Of a stretch of DNA of 64,000 nucleotides, positions 18,834 to 27,812 are shown piece after piece. Numbering within the stretch: position 1 is the first letter of the stretch; the number at the start of each line of letters is the position of its first letter. The notes under the pieces are model-generated. The model saw only the letters and a program-made list of their open reading frames with translations, did no database searches and was not told the origin of the DNA. The DNA comes from Pseudomonadota bacterium (GTDB taxonomy: Bacteria; Desulfobacterota; Desulfobulbia; Desulfobulbales; SURF-16): positions 723 to 64,722 of the forward strand of contig JAHIVT010000008.1 of NCBI GenBank assembly GCA_018816555.1. The letters are read 5' to 3'. The translations under genes and the position numbers were made by a program.

Positions 18834-19370
18834 ATGGCAGATGAATTGGAAACTATTGATATCGTGGCTAATATTTTCAGCCAGGCCATCAAGAAAACTC
18901 TGGAAAAAAGTACAAAAAAAACCATTAAATATTCTCCGACGTTTCAGTCCATCCCCAGGGTCAGTCTGAAGCCTGCAATAGGATGTTTTGTCATGTTTTC
19001 AGGCGATTACAACGGGCTGGTCGTGATGAATTTCACAGCCGAAGCGGCAATGGATCTCTATAGAAGTTACATGACCAATATGGGTTTGCCGGAAAGTGAT
19101 TTAGTCAAGGAATGTACATCAAATGACGTCATCGATACCATGGGGGAGATGACAAATCAAGTCATGGGCCGCGCCATGAGCTTGGTGGAAAACAAATTTG
19201 AACTGACCTCAAATTGCGGTCAGCCCAAAGCACTGGCGTTGAGCAATGCCATTACCCTCACCCCTGAGATGGATTATCAGACCAATCGTCGCGTTTCCTT
19301 TTCCGTGGGCACCAACAGGTTCCATATGGAGCTTGCCCTGGAACAGACCCGGTTTGTTATCTTCAAATAG
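18834..19370 (+). CDS. cheX: CheX-type CheY-P phosphatase (CheC/CheX/FliY family)
   Basis: DTMGEMTN followed by exactly 22 residues and then P. This matches the family active-site consensus (D/S)-x3-E-x2-N-x22-P. Confidence 0.85.
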   Translation: MADELETIDIVANIFSQAIKKTLEKSTKKTIKYSPTFQSIPRVSLKPAIGCFVMFSGDYNGLVVMNFTAEAAMDLYRSYMTNMGLPESDLVKECTSNDVIDTMGEMTNQVMGRAMSLVENKFELTSNCGQPKALALSNAITLTPEMDYQTNRRVSFSVGTNRFHMELALEQTRFVIFK

Positions 19371-19382
19371 AATAAAGCCTCA

Positions 19383-20954
19383 TTAACGTATGCCGTGTTG
19401 GTTCAGAAACGGACCATACTGTTTATCTTCTATCAGGATGTGCGTTTGCAGCCAGTCTTTGAGGAAGGTGAGGACATCGATAAAATTGACCTCCTTGCCT
19501 TCATTGATCTGGGTGATAATTCCTGACACCCTGCCGAGTAGTTTTTCGTGAATCGCCTTATGCTTCTTGGTTTCCGGATAGTTGAACCGGTCAAAATATC
19601 TTTCTTCATTGGCAAAGTGGTTCACGGTAAATTTGGCCAGATCCCCTAAAATCTTTTTGATCTCATTAACCGGCTGATCTTTTTTAACAGCGGCATGGAC
19701 CTGGTTGATGTAGTCCATAATTTTTTTATGCTGTTCGTCAATTTCCGCAATACCGACGCTGAATTCACTGCTGAAGGCAATAAATTTTCTCTCAGCGGTT
19801 TTATTGTCAGCCATATATTTTTGCGGCACCGTAAAAACCCGCAGCATTCTGTCAATATCCTTGGCCAGGCTTGCCACCTCCATGCCGCTGGCATAGACCT
19901 TGGTTGAATCGGTTTTGATATTGGTGCTTTCAGCGGAAACTTCGCTCATCGATTCAGCAACCAGGTGGGCAAGTTGCGCAGAATCGGCAATGAGCCTGTT
20001 GACTTCCGTGACCGCTTCACTGGTGGTGACCACGGCGGAGGTCATTTCCTTGATGCCGTCCGTTACCTTTGCCAGGCTTTCAGCAATATCCTTTGTTGTT
20101 ACCGATTGTTCCTCCACTGCGGCGGCAATGGTCGCCACCACGTTATTCACCTCGTTGATGACCTCGTGGATGGTGCTGATTTCCTTGATGGTCGATTCGG
20201 TTGCCGACTGAATGGCGTTTACTTTAAGGCGGATATCTTCCGTTGCCTTACTGGTCTGGGTGGCCAGGTCTTTTACCTCGTTGGCGACCACGGCAAATCC
20301 CTTACCCGCTTCACCGGCCCGGGCCGCTTCAATGGTGGCGTTTAAGGCGAGGAGCTTTGTCTGGTCGGAGATCTCGGTGATGACGGAAATAACGTTGTTG
20401 ATTTCAGAGGCTGCGCTGCCAAGGCTGTTTACCCTGTCTGAGGCTCTCATCACGGATTGGGCCGCTTTGTCGGCCACAATTCTGGCCTGCTCGGAATTCT
20501 GAGCAATTTCGTTTATGGTGGCCGACATCTCCTCGGTTGAGGTGGATACGATGCTCAAGTTGCCAGACGACTCCGAGGCCTTGCCGGAAACGCCATTCAT
20601 ATTGATTACAAGTCTTGAGGCGACAATGGCAATGGTCTGCAGATTTTCTTCCATTTCTTTGGTGGAGGCATCCACATCGGCAGTGTGATGGGCCATTGAT
20701 TCGGCAATATTGCGCATGCCGGCGGACAGGCTTTCAAGTTCCGCTGAAGAAAAGGCAAGATTTTTGGTGTTGCTCATGACGCCGCTCACGATTTTGGCAA
20801 GATTTTCCTGCATGTTGGCGATGGAACGCAAGATATTTTTGCTGCCGGCCTGGTCCATGGACGACGTGAGATCGCCCTGGGCGATTTTTTCGATGACTTT
20901 TTCAACTTCAGCAAGGGACGAACCGCCTGAACAAAAAAGACCTTTCCCAAACAT
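19383..20954 (-). CDS. soluble methyl-accepting chemotaxis protein with a C-terminal hemerythrin domain
   Basis: MCP signalling hairpin ([33 protein letters not shown]). C-terminal hemerythrin ligand pattern H...HFANE...HKAIH...HILIED. No TM segment. The start was moved to ATG 20954 (MFGKG), which has the RBS aagagga. The track start 21182 adds an implausible extension. Confidence 0.9.
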   Translation of the reverse strand: MFGKGLFCSGGSSLAEVEKVIEKIAQGDLTSSMDQAGSKNILRSIANMQENLAKIVSGVMSNTKNLAFSSAELESLSAGMRNIAESMAHHTADVDASTKEMEENLQTIAIVASRLVINMNGVSGKASESSGNLSIVSTSTEEMSATINEIAQNSEQARIVADKAAQSVMRASDRVNSLGSAASEINNVISVITEISDQTKLLALNATIEAARAGEAGKGFAVVANEVKDLATQTSKATEDIRLKVNAIQSATESTIKEISTIHEVINEVNNVVATIAAAVEEQSVTTKDIAESLAKVTDGIKEMTSAVVTTSEAVTEVNRLIADSAQLAHLVAESMSEVSAESTNIKTDSTKVYASGMEVASLAKDIDRMLRVFTVPQKYMADNKTAERKFIAFSSEFSVGIAEIDEQHKKIMDYINQVHAAVKKDQPVNEIKKILGDLAKFTVNHFANEERYFDRFNYPETKKHKAIHEKLLGRVSGIITQINEGKEVNFIDVLTFLKDWLQTHILIEDKQYGPFLNQHGIR

Positions 20955-21257
20955 AAAATCCTCTTTTAAGTTGCTTGTTGCATAAGAGCAGTAGAGAAAA
21001 AAAGTGGACAATAAATAACTCTGACTTATCTTATGGGATGTAAACCGGCAATCAAGGCCTTCTGCCTGGTCTGATATAAAGCAGAAAAGGTTTTTAAAAA
21101 TGTATGTGATGCGGTAGTATAGCAGACTTTGGTTCTTTCCGATTGTACTGCGCTGACCATAGTGTATTGATTGCGGTAACATCCAGGGAATTGAAACAAT
21201 TTTTTAATTTAATTATATAACAATTTTTTATAAATTTCACCCATAAGGAGGTTCTAC

Positions 21258-22208
21258 ATGGGAAATTCCTGTCAACAGAAGAGCAGTTCCTGCAGCAGTA
21301 GCAGCTGCGGTTCACCTGATGCAGCAGTTGCAAAGCAGAATATGGCGATCACTTCGTCGCTTGGGAAGATTAGAAATAAAATTCTGGTCATGAGCGGTAA
21401 GGGTGGGGTAGGAAAAAGTACTGTTTCAACCAATCTCGCGCTGGGACTGGCAAACAGGGGCTACAAGGTTGGCCTGATGGACGTGGATCTCCATGGCCCT
21501 GATATCTGCCGTATGCTGAATCTGACCGAAAAGCTGCAGGCCGTTCAGACTGACGGGCGCTCTTTGTTACCGCCGATGCAATACGGAGAAAATCTCAAGG
21601 TTATTTCCCTTGAATATATGATGGAAGACCGTGATGACCCGATCATCTGGCGCGGACCGCTCAAGGTGCAGGCGATCCGGCAGTTTATTGCAGATATGGA
21701 CTGGGGGGAGCTTGATTACCTGATCATCGATGCCCCTCCGGGTACCGGTGATGAACCGTTAACCGTTGCACAGACCATCAAAGATGCCCAGGCCGTTGTC
21801 GTCACCACTCCCCAGGAGGTGGCGCTGGCTGATGTCAGAAAGTCTCTGAACTTCTGCAAGCATGTGAAGATGAAGGTTATCGGCATGGTTGAAAATATGA
21901 GCGGTTTTATCTGCCCGCACTGCAATCAGAGTGTGGAAATTTTCAAGACCGGCGGCGGGGAGAAAACCGCCAAGGAATTCGGCATTAATTTTCTGGGCAG
22001 GGTGCCGATTGATCCAAGGATCGTCGTGGGTGGAGATGATGGCACGCCGTATCTCAGTTCTGCTGCTGATAGCCCGGCTATCAAGGCCTTCGGCGATATC
22101 ATCAGCAATGTGGAAAAGCAAACAGCGGCAGCTTCTTCTTCGTTGAAGATTGCCGATGCCGGTTGCGCCTGCGGCTCTACCTGCAATCCTTCCACCTGCA
22201 ACTGTTAG
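21258..22208 (+). CDS. mrp: Mrp/NBP35/ApbC-family Fe-S cluster carrier ATPase with Cys-rich termini
   Basis: Deviant Walker A SGKGGVGKST and CPHC motif. Cys/Ser-rich N-terminus, and a C-terminal CACGSTCNPSTCNC. Confidence 0.9.
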   Translation: MGNSCQQKSSSCSSSSCGSPDAAVAKQNMAITSSLGKIRNKILVMSGKGGVGKSTVSTNLALGLANRGYKVGLMDVDLHGPDICRMLNLTEKLQAVQTDGRSLLPPMQYGENLKVISLEYMMEDRDDPIIWRGPLKVQAIRQFIADMDWGELDYLIIDAPPGTGDEPLTVAQTIKDAQAVVVTTPQEVALADVRKSLNFCKHVKMKVIGMVENMSGFICPHCNQSVEIFKTGGGEKTAKEFGINFLGRVPIDPRIVVGGDDGTPYLSSAADSPAIKAFGDIISNVEKQTAAASSSLKIADAGCACGSTCNPSTCNC

Positions 22209-22280
22209 CCTTTTTTTGTCGGTTTCTGGCGGATTACGGTAATGATGACTTGCGGAACAGTCTTAGTCATAAGGTGAATT

Positions 22281-22919
22281 ATGCTTATCAGGCAGATGAC
22301 GGTCGGCTCCATGGCGGTTTGTTGCTATCTAGTCGCCTGTGAGAAAACCAGGAAGGCGATGCTCATTGATCCGGGCGGCAATGAGGATGATGTGCTGGCC
22401 ATGATCAAAAAAGAGGGGGTCAGCCTTGAATATATCGTCAATACCCATGGGCACCCTGATCATGTCTGCGCCAACGGACCTATAAAAAAAGCCACCGGCG
22501 CCCCTATTGTCATGCACGAGGCTGACGCGGCTTTTTTCTGCAGACCAGAGGTGGACAAATATTTTTCCATGCTTGGTTTGGCCACCTCACCGCCTCCTGA
22601 CAAGTTGGTCAAGGATGGGGATATCCTGCAGGTCGGTCAGCTCTCCTTTGAGGTGATCCACACCCCCGGGCACACCCCCGGCGGCATCTGTCTGTACAGC
22701 GCTCCCCAACTCTTCACCGGCGATACGCTCTTTGTCGGTGCCGTGGGACGCACGGATTTTCCCGGCGGAGATCTGCAGACTTTCATGCATTCGATCCGTG
22801 AGCGGCTCCTCTCGCTTCCCGATGAAACCATTGTCTGGCCGGGACACGGTTATGGTGGTTCCCGTTCCACCATCGGTGAGGAAAAACGCAGTAATCCTTT
22901 TATCAATGGAGAGTTCTGA
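22281..22919 (+). CDS. MBL-fold metallo-hydrolase (glyoxalase II-like)
   Basis: THGHPDH motif and a downstream HTPGHTPG. 212 aa. Confidence 0.8.
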   Translation: MLIRQMTVGSMAVCCYLVACEKTRKAMLIDPGGNEDDVLAMIKKEGVSLEYIVNTHGHPDHVCANGPIKKATGAPIVMHEADAAFFCRPEVDKYFSMLGLATSPPPDKLVKDGDILQVGQLSFEVIHTPGHTPGGICLYSAPQLFTGDTLFVGAVGRTDFPGGDLQTFMHSIRERLLSLPDETIVWPGHGYGGSRSTIGEEKRSNPFINGEF

Positions 22920-22921
22920 GC

Positions 22922-24838
22922 ATGCGGGAAATCGTACTGGGCACAGCAGGTCATGTGGACCACGGCAAGACCAGTTTTGTCAGGGCCTTGACCGGCATTG
23001 ACACCGACAGACTCAAGGAGGAAAAAGAACGGGGGATCACCATTGAACTCGGTTTTGCTTACCTGGATCTGGCCTGCGGCCATCGCCTGGGCATTATTGA
23101 TGTTCCCGGGCATGAGCGCTTTGTCAAGAATATGGTGGCAGGAGTGGCCGGCATTGACTTGGTCGCTTTTATCGTTGCCGCTGACGAAGGAATCATGCCC
23201 CAGACCAGGGAGCATTTTGAGATCTGCCGGCTGCTCGGGGTAAAGAAAGGTCTCATCATCATCACTAAAAAGGATATGGTGGAGGCTGACTGGCTTGAGC
23301 TGGTGGAGGAGGAGGTGCGGGGATTTTTTGCGGACAGTTTTCTGGCCGATGCCCCGCTTGTCATGGTTTCTTCGACCACAGGGGAGGGAATTGACGAGGC
23401 GCGCAGTATCCTGGATTCCCTGGTTTCCTCCTGTGAGTTTGCTGAGGCCTACGGACCTTTCCGACTGGCCATTGACCGCATCTTCACCATGAAGGGGTTC
23501 GGGGCCGTGGTGACCGGGACCTCCCTTTCCGGTCGGGTTGCCGTGGGCGAAGATATCAGGATCTATCCCAAGGAGCTTGACGGTAAGATCAGAGGCATCC
23601 AGGTTCATGGTCAGAGCGTTGAACTGGTGGAAGCCGGTAACCGTACGGCAATTAATGTTCAGGGAATTGAAATGGATATGCTGGAGAGGGGGAATGTGCT
23701 GGCCACCCCCGGTTGCCTGAAACCTTCCTATATGCTGGACGCTGAATTTCTCTATCTGTCCTCCAATGAAAAACCGCTGAAAAACAGAACCAGAGTCCGT
23801 GTTCATCTCGGCACGGCTGAGATCATGGGACGTGTCGTGTTGCTTGAGAGCGAGGAAGCTACCCCAGGCAGCTCTGCCAATATTCAGCTGTTGCTGGAAG
23901 AGCCGGTGGGGGTTTGGCCGGGGGATCACTATGTTGTGCGCCGGTATTCACCGGTGACCACTATCGGCGGCGGTGTGGTGCTCAATAATTCCGCCCCGAA
24001 ACGAAAACGCTTCCGGGAGGAAAACTCCAGGATTTTTACCCTTTATCATACCGCCTCCCAGGAGGATCTTGTGCTTTTCCATCTGCGGGAGAGCGGCTAC
24101 AGCGGCCTTACCGGGGTAGAGCTGTCTGTGAAAATGGGGTGTTTCGGCAATCGTTTTAAGAAATTGATGACCGGTCCGATTTCGTCCCGCAAGGTGGTGG
24201 TGGTTGATTCGGAAAAACAGCTTTATGTGGCGGAGGACGTCTATGCCGGGTTGTTGACGAAAATTGCCGACCTCCTCGCCGCCTTTCATAAGGAAAGTCC
24301 GTTAAAGCCCGGATTACCCAAGGAAGAGTTGCGCAGCCGGGCAGAGAAGAGGCTTGGGCCGAAGCTCTTTCATCTCTGTCTGGCTGATCTGAGTAAAAAG
24401 GCGATTATTGTTCAGGAAGAGGGCATTGTCCGTCTGGCCGTCCATCAGGTCTCTCTGCAGGCTGATGAAAAAGAGATCAGGGAAAAGATGGAAAAACTGT
24501 TCGTTGCGGCAGGACTTAATGCCCCGACGATGAAGGAGGTGCAAAATGCCTTCCCCGATATTCCCCAGTCCCTGGTCATGGAGGTGTTAAGCCTGCTCGT
24601 AAAAGATGGCCTGGTCTCCAAGGTGACCAATGATTTTTATTTTTCCGCCAGGGCACTGGAAGAGTTGCAGAAAAAACTGGTTGATTTTCTGCAGAAGGAA
24701 GGGGATATTGACGCCCCGCGGTTTAAGGAGATGACCGGCTTGACCAGGAAATTTTCCATCCCCCTGCTTGAATATTTCGATAAGATAAAACTGACCCTGC
24801 GGGTAGGCGATAAGCGCATCCTGCGATCAAAGAGCTGA
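22922..24838 (+). CDS. selB: selenocysteine-specific elongation factor SelB
   Basis: GTPase motifs [16 protein letters not shown] and TKKD, then EF-Tu-like domains II/III and a long C-terminal winged-helix extension. 638 aa. It starts 2 nt after the MBL gene stop. Confidence 0.9.
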   Translation: MREIVLGTAGHVDHGKTSFVRALTGIDTDRLKEEKERGITIELGFAYLDLACGHRLGIIDVPGHERFVKNMVAGVAGIDLVAFIVAADEGIMPQTREHFEICRLLGVKKGLIIITKKDMVEADWLELVEEEVRGFFADSFLADAPLVMVSSTTGEGIDEARSILDSLVSSCEFAEAYGPFRLAIDRIFTMKGFGAVVTGTSLSGRVAVGEDIRIYPKELDGKIRGIQVHGQSVELVEAGNRTAINVQGIEMDMLERGNVLATPGCLKPSYMLDAEFLYLSSNEKPLKNRTRVRVHLGTAEIMGRVVLLESEEATPGSSANIQLLLEEPVGVWPGDHYVVRRYSPVTTIGGGVVLNNSAPKRKRFREENSRIFTLYHTASQEDLVLFHLRESGYSGLTGVELSVKMGCFGNRFKKLMTGPISSRKVVVVDSEKQLYVAEDVYAGLLTKIADLLAAFHKESPLKPGLPKEELRSRAEKRLGPKLFHLCLADLSKKAIIVQEEGIVRLAVHQVSLQADEKEIREKMEKLFVAAGLNAPTMKEVQNAFPDIPQSLVMEVLSLLVKDGLVSKVTNDFYFSARALEELQKKLVDFLQKEGDIDAPRFKEMTGLTRKFSIPLLEYFDKIKLTLRVGDKRILRSKS

Positions 24839-24848
24839 TAGAGCTCTG

Positions 24849-26555
24849 TTGCTTGCTGCATTATTAGTCCCCCATGAAACGATCACCATCTACAGGAGAA
24901 CAGGTATAAGTAATCTCACCGGAAATCTCAGCGGCCTGAAAACCGGCCAGCTCAAACGTCTGGAACGCCTCGGTAAACGGAGAACTGATTCCAATCTGAT
25001 TATCTCGGCGGAAATCGCCAGGGAGATGGGGGAACTTTCAGTTGAGATCAAACGCCAGATCGGCCTGCTGCTTGATCGTTCCGGGCAGGTGGAAACGGTT
25101 ATTATCGGCGATCATAAAAAAATTGTCATACCTGCTCTTTCTCATATCCGTTCCGCAGGCGGCCGCCTGAAGGGCTTGCGTTGCGTCCACACCCATCTTG
25201 CCGGGGAAGATCTCACCGAGGATGATCTGATGGACCTTCTTTTCCTCCGTCTGGATCTGATGGCCATGATCAAGGTCTTGGATAGCGGTCTGCCGGAGAG
25301 AATTTATGCCGTGCATCTGATCCCTGCCCCGGTTGATGGAAAAAACTGGCATTTCCTCCCCCCTGTTGTCCCTTCCCGGCAGCCGGCAAATTTCCTGGAG
25401 CTGATAGCCGCCCTTGAGGATGAATTCTCCCGCTCTGCGGCGTCCAGAAAAAGTGATGCCGGCAAAGACCGGGCCATCCTGATCAGTGTTACCACGAAAG
25501 CAAAGACCGGGGCTCAGGAATCCATGGATGAACTGGTTGAGCTGGTCCGCTCCGATGATGTGGAGGTGCTGGAGACCATTATCCAGCGGCGTGACAAGAT
25601 CAATCCCAAGCTGATCATCGGCAAGGGAAAACTGGCGGAAATCATGCTGACCGCTCTCAAGCGTAATGCCAATCTGCTTATTTTCGACCAGGAGTTGAAC
25701 CCTTCCCAGGTGCGCTCCATCACCGATCATACCGAACTGCGGGTTATCGACCGGACCCAGCTTATTCTGGATATCTTTGCCAGACGGGCGCTCAGCCGGG
25801 AAGGAAAATTGCAGATCGAGATGGCCCAGCTCAAATATCTGCTGCCGCGCCTGGGTCAGCGTGATGACGCCCTGTCAAGGCTGACCGGCGGAATCGGCGG
25901 CAGAGGGCCGGGTGAAACGAAACTTGAGGTCGACAGACGCCGGATCAACGACCGCTTGAGCAAGCTGGACAAGCGCTTAAAACAGGTCGGGCAGGAACGA
26001 CACCACCGTCGTTCACGCCGCCGCAAAAAGGACCTGCCGGTCATTTCCCTGGTGGGCTATACCAACGCCGGCAAGTCAACCCTGTTAAACAGTCTGACCA
26101 AAAGCAACATTTATGCGGAGGACAAGCTCTTTGCCACCCTCGATCCGACCAGCCGCCGCCTGCGTTTTCCCGAAGATGTTGAGGTCATTGTCACCGACAC
26201 GGTGGGTTTTATCAGGAATCTGCCGGCCGAACTGCTCAAGGCATTCAAGGCCACTCTGGAAGAGCTGCATGAAGCAGATCTGCTGGTGCATGTCATTGAT
26301 ATCAGTAATCCGCGTTTTGCCGAGCAGATCCGGGTGGTTGAGGAAGTGCTGGAGGAACTCGATCTTGCCGATATTACCATCATGCAGGTTTATAATAAAA
26401 TTGATAAGGCTGACCCCGTGTTTGTAAGAGAACTGCTGGAAAGATCTGATGCCGTTGCCGTCTCGGCCATCAATCCGGCCACCTTTGCCCCGTTTCTTGA
26501 AAAAGCAAGGAAACTGGTGCTGAAAAAATGGAATGGACATCAAGATGTCGCCTGA
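24849..26555 (+). CDS. hflX: GTPase HflX (long N-terminal form)
   Basis: HflX N-domain (GNLSGLKTGQLKRLERL..., LIIFDQELNPSQVRSI), glycine-rich GGIGGRGPGETKLE, and G-domain GYTNAGKST, DTVGF and NKID. The TTG start is uncertain. Confidence 0.9.
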   Translation: MLAALLVPHETITIYRRTGISNLTGNLSGLKTGQLKRLERLGKRRTDSNLIISAEIAREMGELSVEIKRQIGLLLDRSGQVETVIIGDHKKIVIPALSHIRSAGGRLKGLRCVHTHLAGEDLTEDDLMDLLFLRLDLMAMIKVLDSGLPERIYAVHLIPAPVDGKNWHFLPPVVPSRQPANFLELIAALEDEFSRSAASRKSDAGKDRAILISVTTKAKTGAQESMDELVELVRSDDVEVLETIIQRRDKINPKLIIGKGKLAEIMLTALKRNANLLIFDQELNPSQVRSITDHTELRVIDRTQLILDIFARRALSREGKLQIEMAQLKYLLPRLGQRDDALSRLTGGIGGRGPGETKLEVDRRRINDRLSKLDKRLKQVGQERHHRRSRRRKKDLPVISLVGYTNAGKSTLLNSLTKSNIYAEDKLFATLDPTSRRLRFPEDVEVIVTDTVGFIRNLPAELLKAFKATLEELHEADLLVHVIDISNPRFAEQIRVVEEVLEELDLADITIMQVYNKIDKADPVFVRELLERSDAVAVSAINPATFAPFLEKARKLVLKKWNGHQDVA

Positions 26556-27204
26556 AATCCCCCCACGCTGCTCCCATTGTCTCATCTTTTCCTATGATCA
26601 GCCGCTGGACAGCTGCCAGGTCTGCCATGATCAGGCCATAGACGAATCGTTTCTCTGCGATATCGCCAGAAGTTCATCCTTCACCCAGTCGTTCATCTGT
26701 CATGCCTTCCGTCCCAACCTGACGCTGGTGGGTAAACAGGAAGAAAAGGTGTCGGATAAAGTCCTCTCCCGGAACAAGCAGGATTATTTTGCCGAGGCGG
26801 TCCGACTGATTGGTTCGGGACAGTGTGCAGGCGGTGGATGCGGAAACCCGAGTTGTCAGCCTGCGAGTAACGGGGCGGCTGAAAAATATCATGTGGTGTG
26901 GAGTGTGCGGCAGAGAAAACCTGTTTTTGCCGCAAGTAACATGTATGTTTCCTATCTGCATGACATTTTGCTTTCCTGCGGCCACCTGATGGCCGGCAAG
27001 GTCATTCTGATCTGGCTGGCTGCCGATCACCTTCATCTCTACCTGGAGTGTTCCGGCTGGGAATCCGTACATGAAATTGTCGAAGACCTGCAGGGTCTTG
27101 TTCATGATGCCCTGATGCAGGAGTTTCCCGTCCTGAGAAAAGATTATGAGAAAACATTGATCTGGGAGCGTGATTTCTTCCTGGAAAAAATATCTGCCGA
27201 ATGA
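26533..27204 (+). CDS. zinc-ribbon protein with a C-terminal IS200/RAYT-like HUH (Y1 transposase-fold) domain that ends before the usual catalytic-Tyr helix
   Basis: N-terminal CSHC-x11-CQVC. The C-terminal half reads KYHVVWSVRQRKPVF...ADHLHLYLE...LQGLVHDALMQEFP...LIWERDFFLEKISAE-stop. It overlaps the hflX end by 23 nt and shares ATGA with the next gene. Confidence 0.6.
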   Translation: MDIKMSPEIPPRCSHCLIFSYDQPLDSCQVCHDQAIDESFLCDIARSSSFTQSFICHAFRPNLTLVGKQEEKVSDKVLSRNKQDYFAEAVRLIGSGQCAGGGCGNPSCQPASNGAAEKYHVVWSVRQRKPVFAASNMYVSYLHDILLSCGHLMAGKVILIWLAADHLHLYLECSGWESVHEIVEDLQGLVHDALMQEFPVLRKDYEKTLIWERDFFLEKISAE

Positions 27205-27812
27205 ATAGGACATTATCAAGAAATTTTCTGCTGTTGTGCTGTGTTCTGCTGTTGCCGGGGCTGCTGTTCTGCCCGACCCGGGTGAGCGGCAAGGAGTCCG
27301 CCCGCATTGAAGATATGGTGATGATGAATTCAGATCAACACCTGCTGCTCTATTTTAGCCTGAAAGATGCCTTTACCGATGAGATGGTAAAGGGGATCGA
27401 AAACGGCATCCCCGTCACCTTTAGTTATTTTATCGAACTCTACCATCTCTCCGGCGGGGAGTCGGAAAAAAAGATCATTAGTCAGGCATTTGATCACACC
27501 TTGAACTATGATCCCCTCAAACAGGAATATTCGGTGGAAATGGAAGAGCGGAAGGTGAGCCGCATCACCTTTAAGAGTTTTGTCGATGCAAAAACAGCCA
27601 TGACCGATATCCATGATTTGCAGCTTGCCGAACTGGCTTTGCTGGAAACGGAGGGCAAATATATGGTGAAGGTGAAGGCCAAACTGGCCAAAAAGACCTT
27701 GCCCATGAACTTTCAATATATCATACCCTTCTGGCAGCTCTGGAAGTTTGAAACCGATTGGTACTCACTCGCGTTCACCTATGGAAACAGCGGATCAGCA
27801 GCAAAGAGATGA
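27201..27812 (+). CDS. exported protein, DUF4390-like, upstream of ntrY
   Basis: Signal-like N-terminus (LLLCCVLLLPGLLFC). Its size and its position just upstream of an NtrY-type kinase match the DUF4390 context as I recall it. Confidence 0.55.
   Translation: MNRTLSRNFLLLCCVLLLPGLLFCPTRVSGKESARIEDMVMMNSDQHLLLYFSLKDAFTDEMVKGIENGIPVTFSYFIELYHLSGGESEKKIISQAFDHTLNYDPLKQEYSVEMEERKVSRITFKSFVDAKTAMTDIHDLQLAELALLETEGKYMVKVKAKLAKKTLPMNFQYIIPFWQLWKFETDWYSLAFTYGNSGSAAKR

Noticed and set aside
20955-21182. N-terminal 76-aa extension of the hemerythrin-MCP ORF (and the similar 34-aa extension of the operon MCP at 46400-46501)
   Set aside because: The internal ATGs at 20954 and 46399 have strong Shine-Dalgarno sequences. 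The extensions run through AT-rich promoter-like DNA and add no domain.
22850-23929. 359-aa minus-strand ORF
   Set aside because: It lies entirely antisense to selB, whose GTPase and domain II/III motifs are unambiguous. The protein is low-complexity (G/H/P/Q-rich) with no recognisable motifs. It is a typical shadow ORF.
25038-26585. 230-aa and 166-aa minus-strand ORFs
   Set aside because: Antisense to hflX, which has clear G-domain motifs. No independent start signals or family resemblance.
26533-27204. Possible IS200/IS605 insertion sequence
   Set aside because: The ORF ends before the usual Tyr-bearing C-terminal helix. There is no tnpB and I saw no terminal hairpins. The gene is translationally coupled to both neighbours. 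It is reported as an exapted domain, not as a mobile element.
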